DNA of 63,112 nt, filler included, from Dugesia japonica (lineage: Eukaryota): assembly GCA_001938525.1 (NCBI GenBank). It is 5 parts of 5 records of this genome, joined end to end, with 100 filler letters (N's around TTAATTAATTAA, not from the genome) between each part and the next. Parts side by side here need not be neighbours in the genome. Positions count along the whole stretch, not along the records: positions 23,921 to 39,526 come from MQRL01646994.1; positions 39,627 to 53,235 come from MQRL01610772.1; 3 more parts are not named here. One strand, 5' to 3'. Below, piece after piece: positions 37,424 to 50,356 of this stretch; position 1 is the first letter of the stretch; each line of letters begins with the position of its first letter. The position numbers were made by a program, and so were the translations under genes. A model generated the notes under the pieces. That model was not told where the DNA came from. It saw nothing but the letters and a program-made list of their open reading frames with translations, and searched no databases.

Positions 37424-37852
37424 GTGGTTACAAGTTTTATTCAAAATACTATAAAAAATGTATGGAAAGAAGCTTTCGACAGGAAAAATAATAAAGTGAT
37501 AAACAATTCATTGTATATTTATTTAAATAATAATGCATTTAGAAAGAAGTCGTCCGTTTTTTACAGGAATGATAAAATCCCTAGCTTTAATGAGAATGAG
37601 AATGTTACAGTCATTTCCAGCATTTGTGAGAAATGATTTACGTCAAACTATTGTGGATGTCGTTCATGGTAATGTAACTTTAAGCAAAAATAAATAAAAA
37701 ACATTGGAAAAACACGAAAAGTTGCTGTTAACACTTGTAAAAAAAATAATAAGAAATTAATGTAAAAGGTTTTGTATGAACAAGGTGGTGGCTTTATAGC
37801 AGAATTGCTACCAATCGCATTAGCAGTATTAGAACTCGAAAACTTCTTGTGA
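37424..37852 (+). mobile_element. Polinton/Maverick remnant (possible ATPase C-terminus plus small basic 'GGF' core-like protein)
   Basis: VHGNVTLSKNK*KTLEKHEKLLLTL...EQGGGFIAELLPIALAVL resembles the Polinton small protein pattern GNVPL...QxGGFLxxLL (recalled family knowledge). Confidence 0.55.
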
Positions 37853-39526
37853 ATAATGAGTCTATGAATGACAATTATAGGAATAAATTGAAAAGGGAGA
37901 ATGGTCATAAGTACAACAGGTAATTGGAAAAGGGATAGTTTATTTAAATTATATTAACTAATCAATTGTTATTATTTATACAAATTCTAAGAGAATACCT
38001 AGTTTAGGAGAATATTTAGTATTCTATGAATCAAAAATATATCTGTACCAGATTAAAGAAAAACCAGTAGTTGACAAAAATGTATATGCTTTAATAAATC
38101 TTGGATAATAAATTTTTGTTATTTAATTTTGCTTTAAAGTGTTTGATCTAAACATTTATTGACAAATTATATCAGTTGAATGTATTGGGGGTAATTAATG
38201 AATTGATTGAATAGCTCATTGTATATTCTAAATGAATTGAATAGATTTAAGTAAAGTAAGTAATGGTCTATATAAAAAAATAATGTAATTTGGTTCTACT
38301 AAATCACACTGGTTTAACTCTATCTATTGGTTTTACTGTATGATATTAAATGTTTAAGTTCAATATTTTTAATGAATGTACTAGGTTTATTGACTGTATT
38401 AGGTTAATGAATGTATTGAGTTTAATGATTTGTATTGGTTTAGATTAAAGATATACAAGTGTTGTCACATTTTCCTTTATAGGTTTAAGAAATTACTAAA
38501 GATTTGACTTATATTCACGAATAATAAATTTTTTGAAATTTGTAAAGAATACATTTATTGCAAACAATGAATTTAAACAAACTAATATTCGAACACTTCA
38601 TGTAAACTCTACCATTTTTCAACACTTCTAAAATAATATAATCATTTATCTTTCATCATCATCATCTGCATGCATTTCTGCGTGCTGCACTGGATACAAC
38701 TCGTCTGCCCCACTGCTTTCTCTATTACTTTTTTCCTCTAAAAATTAAAAACCCACACTTTAAGTAATTTGTAGAAATATCTCCTTCATTTCTATGTATT
38801 TATGACTAATATGAATAAAATCCAAATGCCCGGGACATACTTTACTTATAATTTTAAACAATTGGTTTATTGATTGTATCTAGTTTGATAGTGTTTAATG
38901 GACTTGGATAGAATAATAATTAACTAAATTAAATGTATGATGATTAATTTTATCAAAACTGTGTGAATTATATTTATGTGAAATTACCGTATACGTACGA
39001 TATGAGTACATAGATATAAAAACCACTAAAATTCTTTCAAGTTTTATTCAAGTATATGATTTATATCTTCAAGGTATTTTTCAATAAAATGTCTGAAAAT
39101 AGATTCTTTACACTGATTACATGAATAAGCACATCAAAAGGATATGAAAGATATATTTTGATTACGACATTAATTTCAAATACTTTACTCTCATATATCG
39201 TGTCCCAGTAAATTTTAGGAGTCCAGTATACAGATAAATCCTTTATGAATTGCTCCTCTAAAATGTTTCTTATTATTTTTTATAAAAACTTAACAACAAT
39301 GAAATTAAATAATATTAAATAATAATAATAATAATAATAGTAAGGGGATAGTGGCGCACGGTCACTCGGAAACACATTACACTTGAGTTGCATTTTTTTA
39401 ACTATGATTTTTGGGTTAGTTTTTTTTTCTAAGATTTTTGGGATCAAAATATTTTTGATCGGATCAAATTTTTCTTTGATCGGATCAGTTTTTTTTTGAT
39501 CCTGTTAGTTTGTGTGTGTGTATTTT

Positions 39527-39626
39527 NNNNNNNNNNNNNNNNNNNNNNNNNNNNNNNNNNNNNNNNNNNNTTAATTAATTAANNNNNNNNNNNNNNNNNN
39601 NNNNNNNNNNNNNNNNNNNNNNNNNN
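39527..39626. other. Artificial contig-joining spacer
   Basis: N44-TTAATTAATTAA-N44. Confidence 0.97.
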
Positions 39627-42600
39627 TGTTACTCTTTCTAGTTACACGATCCCCCTTTTCCCGGATCCAGCGGGACTACGCTGTATCCCGTCTTAGGTTC
39701 TAATTTCCTTTTTTATCTGGCTCTCGTTTTGAAGTTAACATCAAGAATTCATTTTAATTTATATTATGATCAGAAATATAAAATAAATGCTGTAAAAAAT
39801 TTAATCCATTAATGTCTTTCATTCGTCTAATTTGATGACTTCTTTTTGCTTTGTTTTGGTAACTTCCTATGCTGATTTAGGTGACTGAGTTAAGGTTCAA
39901 ACCTTCGTAATTAGCACGCTTTCCACGTTTGCGTATACCTTGTTGATATCCGCCATAGCGCGAAAAGTTTGAGATAACGCGAGATCACGTTCCTTCAACT
40001 TATTTATTTTCTCACGAAGCTGAGTGTTTTTATGTTGCAGCTCATAATTTCGGTCTTTAATCTCTTTTGGATCGAACACCATTTTGCTCGTATGTCTGCT
40101 ATTGAATTATCCGTCAATTTCCTGGCTTTATACACTGTAATTAGTAAGCATTTTAGTATCATAAGTTATAATTCGTTTCATTATAATTTGCAATAAAAAT
40201 ATCTTTAATATCTTTACTACTAATATATCATTTATTTATTTCAACAATGTGCTTTGCAATTCAATCATCCATTTAATACTAAAGTTGATGATAAAGGTTT
40301 TTACGTTAAAATTAGTTCTATAACATCACAATGATAAACACCTATGAAAGAAAAACAATTGTAAATCTAAAACTATATTGTTTTAACACAAACGATTATT
40401 TCACTGTTTCTTACAGATTCGAATCGTCCAGTGGCGCTAGTACCTGCAGTAGCACTGTCTGAACTTTACTAGCTAGCTTCTCGGAGAGTTTGGAGTACTC
40501 CTCAGCTTTAAGTTGCTTTGTCCTCATCGTTTGTATCACGTGTTGATCCTGTTTTTTTCTAATTCCGATGATCTTAACAGGGAGACCAGCTCCTCCCCGC
40601 GTTCATGTTGCCATCTGGTAATTTCCGTCACTTGTAATAAAAGTTGGCGTTTCTGCTGATCCACTTGTACCCGTAGTTCATTTATTCGCTGTATTTGTTT
40701 GGCGAATTATTGTCGCCGTCTGAGTATCTCTTCCCGCATCTCTTGGATTGTCTCGTCTTTTACTCTGAGTTGATCTCGAGTGATCCACGAAAGATCGTTA
40801 TCGGTTCATTCCGTATTCACGGAATTCCATGGTGGTGGCATGTCGTTTCACAACCTTGTGACAAATGTGCATCCAGCTAGGTCGAGGGATTACATGGCTT
40901 CCTGTTTAGTAATGCTTTAGTCATCTAGAGAAAATATACTAATACGACATGATCATGTTAGTAATAATATAACAATGTTGTATTCTAAATCACCNNNNNN
41001 NNNNNNNNNNNNNNNNNNNNNNNNNNNNNNNNNNNNNNNNNNNNTTCTAAATCACCATATAATAATATTTACTAAACTATCTTTTGGGTTTCACAGGCAT
41101 CGATCACCCGTCAATATGCATGGACGTGGACCATCTTGCTACTTGTGTTCACTCTTATACATTTCGTAGTAACTCAATCTTTCTCATAACTCATGCCAAG
41201 ACATCACCATTTTTGTTTCGATTAAACTTTCTAACTAATCACTTGAACAATATCTTGTTGATGATCNNNNNNNNNNNNNNNNNNNNNNNNNNNNNNNNNN
41301 NNNNNNNNNNNNNNNNNNNNNNNNNNNNNNNNNNNNNNNNNNNNNNNNNNNNNNNNNNNNNNNNNNNNAATTTAACAATATTAAAAATAAAATGCATTAA
41401 ATAATTAATCATAATAAACTAAAGTGCATTTATAATTAGGAATAAATTGATATTTTCACCACATTTACATCAATGTCATTTCAATATACATAAGTAACTC
41501 AAAACAGAAAGTAAAACTAACTCGAAGGAATTCAACTGGCACCACCAAATAAATATATTTCCTCACTTTCATATCTAAATTTATTCATTAAATGGTATTC
41601 ACTCTAATAACCACCAACAACTCTTTCGCATTAATACCTCGTTCATATTTATTAACAACTCTTTCATATGTATTAACAACTCTTTCATATGTATTAACAA
41701 CTCTTTCATTTACATTAACAACTCTTCTTTCATATATACATTAAATACTCGCATCTACTTCGATATCAACAATTCTTGTACTCAGTACTACTCATTTCAC
41801 AATCATCTGCCTCTCATATCGTTTCATGGCTATTAGTTCTCATCATCACTAACACTTGTAATTTCATGTCTTTCACCTCCTCACAACTTTTAACATCATC
41901 ATATAATATTCGTCTCACATTTATCATTGACAATTAAGATTCATCTCAAGTATTTATAAACATTGTTGATATTATTTCATATTATCACAAACATCTTTAA
42001 CACAACTCATGGTGAGTGATCTCGACAACATAGATCTCTGAGTTCCGATGATTATCATTGCTAGCTTTACTAGTCAATGACGACCACCGTATCAGTCTTC
42101 CGCTCATAATAAATCATGATATTAAAATAGCAATCAAATAAAATTACTTAGTAATATTTCCGTTTTAGCAATTTAAAACCTTGTATTTACTTAACACTTT
42201 TAACAATAAGTAGTGAAGCGAAAATAAAATGAGATTAAATGAGTTGTTTTTAAGTTTTTGTTGTTCTAATTTTTGAACTGCTTTTATAGTAATTTTTAGT
42301 AGGCACCCACTTCAAATATTTGCAGAATCGTGTGGTGCTCACTCGCAGATTTTACATAAATGACTAAATTTAGTAATGATTTTATTTTCATATTTTATTA
42401 CCATATTTCTCTATATCGTGTCTCACACATGAATCCCGGTTCTCAACGGCCTCATAGATTTCTATTATATTCATTCTCTGTACATAGAACGGTGCATACA
42501 ATTCTCATTTTCTGCATTGCTCACCCGACACAGATAAACTCTAATTTCAATACAATATGCGCTGCTCACCCGTCACATAGTAAATCGCATTTTAAATGTC

Positions 42601-44071
42601 ATCAAAATTTTCTAATGCTGTACTAGTTTGAATTTGCACTGCATCACTGACATTTGAAAATGTCAAATAATAATTTTTATCATTATAAATAATAAATTTG
42701 GATACTTTGTTTTCCATTTATAAATAAGGATATTTGCATGTATAAATATAAATAATTCCATATCATTCTTATAATTTAATTTAAAATTCTTTTCTCTTCC
42801 TTTACATTTAATTTTTATTATTAAATTCTATTTCCTTCATCAAATTTAATTATATTTATCAAATAATAATAAAATTAATAATATTTATTGCTTAAAATAA
42901 TAATTTTGNAAATTCTATTTTACAGATTTAAATTACTGAATTTTCCATCAATACATATAAATTATTTACTACAAATATTAAGTCTAATTTAATATTTTAT
43001 TCTTTTTTACAATATAAAACTTTCGTTTTTAAATTCCGATTTCTTTTCTATAAAGAATAATATTTCACTAATAATAATAAAATTAATAATTACAATATAA
43101 TAATATTTTACNNNNNNNNNNNNNNNNNNNNNNNNNNNNNNNNNNNNNNNNNNNNNNNNNNTATTTAATACTTTATTTTACGAATAAGGTCTTTTCCATT
43201 ATAATATAATGATAACACTAATTTATTACACATATGTTTTCTAACTTTCGTTGAATTTAATACATCTTTCGTTAACAATTATTTAGTTTTAAATCTATTT
43301 TCTATAATAATCTTTTCATTTTATTATAATAATTATTTCTTTATAATTCTACTTATATCACAATCATATAAATTATAAATAATGATATATGTTCACCATT
43401 TCTTTCGATCTTCAAGTTAATCACTTATTATTTATTCGAGTCTTTTTATTTCTGACTTTTATCGTTTNNNNNNNNNNNNNNNNNNNNNNNNNNNNNNNNN
43501 CTTGAGCATTAATATTTATTTATTTTTCTTTGATAAATTATCTTAGCAGTCTATTCATCTGTGATCTGATTTTCTTTTATTAGTTTAATTTAACAATTGG
43601 TTCGTCTTTAGTTCCTTTGATTCTTCTATTATCATTTTAACCCGACACTTTATTCACTTTTAATTCATTTGATTCTTCTAACATTAATCATTTCTTATTT
43701 TTGCCGAATTATCATTTAATACTATCATTTTATTTAATTATTTATTGTTTTCAATAAGTATTTCTGGGAGCATCATTGTTCTAATTATAATTTTATTCTT
43801 TAAAATGAGCATTTGATTTATTCGTAATTACTATATCTCTTCTCATCTTCTAATTTCGGTTTCAATTTGCAAGTTCGTTTAACAATATTTCTTTTTATTA
43901 TTTACTGATTAATTCATCAATTATATATCAAATGTTTTATTAGTATTTATTTCTTTTATATATTTCCTTCCATTTCGGATTTTAATAATTTTCTAACACC
44001 CTCAGTTTTTTATTTCTATTTCTCTTAGTTAACTCAATATTATTCTCTTACCGAGCTGTTTCAGCCCGACA
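39627..44071 (-). mobile_element. ~4.4-kb TG...CA element (family Y), probable giant LTR, with decayed spliced coiled-coil exons
   Basis: Minus strand starts TGTCGGGCTGAAACAGCTC at 44071 and ends ...GAGTAACA exactly at the contig edge; a second 5' end is at 56816; exons 40924-40415 and 40134-39897 have canonical splice signals. Confidence 0.6.
41630..41725. repeat. 21-bp tandem repeat ATTAACAACTCTTTCATATGT
   Basis: About 4-5 copies by direct reading. Confidence 0.85.
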
Positions 44072-44917
44072 ATTTCTACTTTGTTATAGTATTTTTTATA
44101 AATCAAAACATGTATAAAACAGTAAAGTTTATCTAATTCAATCCCATATTATTCGATGTTCCAGTGATTGTTCTGCATGAGATTTTGCAACTGAAATTAT
44201 AATATTAAAATAGATTATCAAAAAAACAAAGATTACTTAGAGTCTTTGGATCTCTTTCCATTTTGCATTCATCTTGTTGTCTTAATGCAATTGCTAAAGT
44301 TTTTAGTTTAATATTCATATGAACTTGATTTATCATTCGGGATTTGAATAAATTAAATCATAATTGTAGTCTTTGGTCAATTTTTCTTTTTCATTCTCAT
44401 AAAACTCATTAGCGACTGTTAAAAAATCAAGTTTATAAACTTTTACCAGATTATCCATTAGAAAACTAACATTTTCAAAACAATCTGGATTAAATTTTAG
44501 TTTATTTATCTCATATATATCTTCTGAGAATCACAAGACTATCAAGAAATTGAATCTGAATAAGAGCTTTGTAATGTTTCTTCTAATTTATNTCGATAAA
44601 GTATAATTTCATTATTTGATATTTCCTCCATTGCATTGATAAATGGTTCGAAATTGAATAAATTTGACAGATTATCAGCTACATTAACTATACATTTGTT
44701 GAGAAATATTTATATTTCAACGATAAATAACTTTTCGTCTCTGAAATAATTTTTAGAATAATTGTTCTTCCATGAATTTGTCATCGTCTTCAATAACAAC
44801 ATCTTGGTTACATAGTTATATTTCTTTCAACAATTCCGTATGTTTTTCTGACAAGTTTACGTCATCCATTTTTGAAAATTTAACAATTCCCACAAACAGT
44901 TAATTTAAACAAGATAC

Positions 44918-45365
44918 ATGTCTAAACTGGACATTATAGCCTTATATAGTACCGGACAACCACACTTTGTAGGAAAATCAGGGTGGTTGCAAACAATTGG
45001 TATATTTTCTTTACCTATTCTTGGACGTATTGGTGCAATTGGAAGGAAAACAGCACAGGATGAAATAAATAATAAAGCAAAAATTTTACCATCACTGAAA
45101 AAAATCCAATGAATGAATTAAAAAATCTTTACGTATTCAGTAGTCAAAACCAAAGGATGGATAAAATCTTACAAGAAGTGGAACAAAACGTAAGAAATCT
45201 ATCATGATGGATATAAACTAACAAATGAAAAGATGTAAAACCATATTTGACTAATGATTTACCAAAAAATTGAATTGTTTATTTTCGACAGTCCATCACT
45301 GGATGGATTATTTGAAGATGTGTTTCCAATGAATACTATTTCTAAAAGTTTAAATGATGTTGAGA
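44918..45365 (+). mobile_element. Possible Polinton remnant (core-like basic protein and capsid-like N-terminus)
   Basis: HFVGKSGWLQTIGIFSLPILGRIGAIGRKTAQD...SLKK and ELFIFDSPSLDGLFEDVFPMN resemble adjacent Polinton genes; resemblance is from memory only. Confidence 0.4.
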
Positions 45366-46644
45366 GTAAGTAGACGTGAGCGCATGACCACAGGTCTTCC
45401 CTGTATTTTATAGTATTATTATGGTCTTATGGTATTGATGTGAAGTGGTATGGTGTATGTTTATGTGTGGAAAGCTCACATGCACATTTATGTTTAATTT
45501 ATATGGCGATGTGATGTGTTTGTAAAGAAAACTGTAAAAATACGAAATTTGACTCAAATGTTTTATGTGTGTGTTCACTTTCTTTGAGGTTTTGATGATG
45601 GATTTAGGAAGACCGCCAAGTTGAGCTATACATTGTCTAAAAGACTTATAGTGTAAAATGTGCCTGAGAAAGTTGCGAGCGCTGTGACAATGAATTATCG
45701 CAAACTTGATTTAAAATCGCACTGGTGATGTGAGTAGTTGACGGATATGGATGAATTTAATGTTGATATTAAGAGGAGGTATCGACATAGGTGATGAAAT
45801 AAGTTTTGGGATGGTTTGATAAATTTTTGATTATTTTTCGATGAATAGACTTTTGGTTTGTATGTAGTATAGGTAAGCGAAAAAAACTTTNNNNNNNNNN
45901 NNNNNNNNNNNNNNNNNNNNNNNNNNNNNNNNNNNNNNNNNNNNNNNNNNNNNNNNNNNNNNNNNNNNNNNNNNNNNNNNNNNNNNNNNNNNNNNNNNNN
46001 NNNNNNNNNNNNCTAATAGATGAATGTTTGAGCAGTCCTTATACTTTTGTTCCGGCAGTTTTGAGATTTTGTCTTCGTTCGGGTAGTTTTTATATGTATG
46101 TGTGTTGCATGGTTGATACAATTACGTTGCAAAAGATAGTTATATGTGTAATTTAATGCTTTCGGTGGTCTAAAATCACCAGCCACGTGATTTTAGCGAG
46201 CTAGAATCGAAGTTATTAAAATTTTATTTGTTGTATTAACTTTTTTATAATACTTTTTTGAATGTTTCCACTAGCTAAAAATAACAGTGATTTTTTGTAA
46301 ATATAAATAAACGTTTGACACCTCCGATTTAATCTCTCATAAAAGCTAAAAAAATAACGAACCTATTAATTACCCTAAACAAGGAGCTACACATATTTAT
46401 ACGCAGCATTAAATATTCAAATCTGCATTAATTTAAACCGGAAGCACTCAAATGATTCAGTTGATCCGCACGAATTATTTGGTGGTCGCGACACAGATCG
46501 TTTTGATCCGGTTGTGGGCACTCAGCTCTAGTTTTCACTGGATAATTCCGGAAGTTACTTTAAATTAAAGTTTATTAAAGAATTACCAATTATCAACAAA
46601 TTTTATTAGTCGGATTAAAAATTATTATTTTAGTGATCCGTGAA

Positions 46645-46667
46645 GCCCCAAAGGTTGGCGACCACTG
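46645..46667. repeat. hAT-type terminal inverted repeat end (AAGGTTGGCGACCACTG)
   Basis: Reverse complement CAGTGGTCGCCAACC is a typical hAT/Charlie terminus; the partner end was not found. Confidence 0.55.
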
Positions 46668-47209
46668 GTCTAAGAGATATGAGATAATAAGAGTTTGGAT
46701 AATTATAATTAGCTGTCAGGATAAGCGTACTGTAATAATGAATCAGGAAATCAGTTGACAATCTAATGGTGAAAGCTCCAAACATTTAAAGACAGATGAC
46801 TTCAGAAGAGAATTTGAAGTACTTACATGACTCGCACTAGCACATAACAACACGAGATCGTGGTGATGGACTGGACAACCTCAGATGACAATTTTTCATT
46901 GATGCACAAGCCGCTTAACTTCCAAGATTGGATGTACCTAACCTAGTATTAGCTTATAGATATTTGATATCTAGGAAAGCAATACGGTAGAGTAATTAAT
47001 AGGCATTATCATTCCATTTATAAAAGATACTAACGTTGACATGAATATAATGTATTAGTTTTGTGAATTCGAATCACTATATTATATTATATCCATTTTT
47101 ATAATATAATAAAGTTTTGATAAAATATGAAAATAGTTACATAATATAAAATATATAGAAAATTGAACTAAATTATTTATTTAGAAGACTAATTGAATTC
47201 CCAATATTA

Positions 47210-47467
47210 CTATTTCTCTAAATTTAATAATAAGACGTTAAATAAAATCATAAATTATACTAATTTGTTTTCCATCTTTCCATAAATTTAATTTGGCAGT
47301 AACACCATCTCTCTTTATGGCTTCTACTTGAAATTCCGGTTTTAATGCTTGTCTAACAGCCTTTGCACATATCGAACTATATTTAATATAACTAAATAAT
47401 GTAATATAACTTATTTATATATTAAAATTTTGTACTTTATACCAGCTAATCGCCATAAATTTGACAT
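47210..47467 (-). CDS. ATP5F1E: Mitochondrial ATP synthase F1 subunit epsilon (56 aa)
   Basis: Exons 47467-47436, 47391-47261 and 47217-47210 with 44- and 43-nt GT-AG introns give [56 protein letters not shown], matching the WRxAGxxYIxYSxICAKAVRxALK family signature. Confidence 0.93.
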
Positions 47468-47761
47468 TTCAAAAGAAAACCCAAAATTAATGAATTTAAA
47501 TAAATAACATATATTAAAACAATATTGAAAGAATTTTCATTATCCAATTTATAATTAATTTTTTACTTAATAGAAATTATTAGTGCACAAATTAATTATA
47601 AATAGAAGAGATAAATAAAATTCAAATCAATACTGTGATTGTTATTTAAGAGAGGTTTGTTGAGTTAATAAACCTTGATTAGCCAAAATAAATCATTACA
47701 ACATTCGATCAAGATATCTTTATATTCGAATTTTAGACTTTTCTCTTCTCAAGAATGAACT

Positions 47762-47794
47762 TTTCCTGAAGAAGACAAAAGTCACAAATTTGAA
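47762..47794 (+). ncRNA. Degenerate hammerhead motif
   Basis: TTTC-CTGAAGA-A-GAC-AAAA-GTC-ACAA-ATTT-GAAA: helices I and II intact, GAAA core lost. Confidence 0.4.
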
Positions 47795-49589
47795 ATACTA
47801 AAAAATATTAAGAAAACAATATTTTAATCGAAGATTTTAATTCAATGAAATCTCAAACCGAATCAAGCAAAAATTGTAATCAGGGGTGTCACTAGAGGAT
47901 ACGAATATGTGGGCTACACTGAGTAATAGCAAAATACAAAAATAAAATTTTTTAGTTTCAAATTCAAAACAGACAGTGCTCTGTCTTGTCGCAGTAGTCG
48001 GTTTTCAAAACCGTCCATAGTTAAATTATTTAAATTAAATGTATAAGCAGAACAGCTACAGCCCACAATGTACAAATATTTACCGCGCACAGTGTCTGGT
48101 GCTTAACTGATTAATATTCCAGCTGCTCAGAAGGGAAACTTTTAAATAAAATAAAAATAAAGTTAGATGTTAAAAAACAATAACTGAACTTTGTCTATTT
48201 TCTTAATTTATATTTTACTAGTAGTAGTGGATTCGTTCGACTTGCTATTTTTCTTATGTCCTTATTAACTTCTTGAATTATTTAACAAAGATTACTACGG
48301 CGATTATACATTATGTATGTTCTAGTACAGGAACAGTGAAACACTCTAATGAGGCCCATGGTTAAAGTCTATAGAAATGGATAACATCAAGAGTTCACCA
48401 TACTTGGTGAAACCTATCTCAATGACGCTAATGATTGTAATTGTAAAAATAAATTTTAAAATTGAATAAAATGCAAAATTTTAAATAAATCATTGTTAAA
48501 TGAGTATTTTAAACTATTTTAAGATACGAAATACTGAAATTCTAAAGGAATCACGAAATAATCAGTGAATAAAATGTATATTTGAAAAATTACGAATATT
48601 TGCTTTTGATCGGAGTATTGCCTTGCCTGTAATCACATTAANTAATTAAGCTAAGTGCAACAATAAAAGCGCAAATAAATGTAATCTATTTAAGTAGTGC
48701 ATATTGTCTAAATACCCAACTGTTAAATGCGATATTTTGTAGCTTTCGGCGTGAATATTAAGACGTTGGTGCAAAACACTGTGCATAATCATGACAATCT
48801 ATTGAATGACCGTTGACTGGCATTTGGTATGATCAGTGCTTTATTCACTCTAAAAACTAATGACGTTTATAAGAAGGACAGCACAGAATGTCATGTGAAT
48901 TCATTAGACCTGAGATAGATGGAATTACGCTTTTTCCGTTTAATGTATCTACAATTGATTCATTAATCACATTCTGGGCAAAAAATGCAAAATTTATGCA
49001 AACGAAAAAGTAGTAGCTCATTTGTGCGCAGTGACTATTAGTAATCGTTCTGTTAATAGCAGTATCGATGAGTGAGATGTATAGGTTTTGAAATTCCTTT
49101 TAATTTTTGTTTCAGTAACCATAATTTCATTGTTAGATGATCAATCGGCAAGTCTTCCTTCATTTAGCCCCTTGTGACTTGTATGATTATAACTATCAAT
49201 TATTGTCGGTAATACGTTTATGTACACAGTGCGTTTACAATGCATTTCTCAATGTTCAATTAAACCTGTCAACATATGCTGCTGTGTACTGTGAAAATAC
49301 AGGATAATGGTTAATTTTTAGATGATTGACTTTATTATTATTGACTGATATTATTGTATTTAGAGTTGTAAANNNNNNNNNNNNNNNNNNNNNGTAAATT
49401 ATGTGGATTTTAACATTATCTTGATTGCAACTTCCATTTCATTAGACGACTTTGATTTTATAGGTACCGCTCTTGCGAATCTACTAAATACATCGATAAA
49501 TGTTCAAATATACTTGTAACCTTTATTAATTCTTGAAATCATCAATCCTATATGTTTTATACTAATATTATTAACGAAGAATTTCTATT

Positions 49590-50356
49590 ATTTTTTAACT
49601 GGAATGCCTTTTGGTATAACAGCATCACCAGGAGCACTTCAAGAATTAACGGCAAAAGTCTTAAGGAAGTTGGAAAGAATGGTGGTTTACATTGATGATA
49701 TATTGATATTTTCAGATTATTTGGAACGGTACTATGAAATATTGGACAAAACTTTGAAAGGGATTCAAGTATCCGGATAGAATATAAATCCGGAAAATGT
49801 TATTTATTACGAACAAAAGAATTTGTTTAAGATATGTCAAAGAAAGGAACTAACTACACAAAAATTGTAGCAATAAAAAAACTTCAAAAGACCTAAATGT
49901 GAAAAGAAGCATTTGGAATTACTATAGGCAATTTTTAAAAATTAACTCAAAAAAATCTAGAAGTCTGAAAGAATTAGGTTAGAGTAATAGTAAGAGAGTA
50001 ATATAAAAAGGCTCTTAATGAGATAGTAAAGGCATATACATTGAGTTTTCCTACATTAAAATGTTTACACTGAATAAAAATAGGAGTTTTAACGCGATAA
50101 AAGTGATTTTATCACAACTAGATGACAACAGACTAGAAAGAGTCGTCGCATATGGATTACATCCAAACTGAGTCCATGAAAAGAGGTACTCCATGAGAAA
50201 ATATTTACTGAATATTTACTACATTTGTAATCATTTTAAGCATTAGTTAAATTGTTAAATATTCTCGGTGATTACAAGGTAAAAGTATTTATGATAATAC
50301 GAAGTCAATTACCTCATAATTTCAAACTTGGATGGATATTCTTTGCAGCCTAAATA
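49590..50356 (+). mobile_element. Gypsy RT-RNaseH fragment (resumes briefly after 51621)
   Basis: MPFGITASPGALQELTAKVL...VVYIDDILIFS; ERVVAYG. Confidence 0.85.

Noticed and set aside
41630-41725. Short direct repeats (also 59390-59535, 37130-37420) as a CRISPR-like array
   Set aside because: No unique spacers, no cas genes, eukaryotic context; these are ordinary minisatellites.
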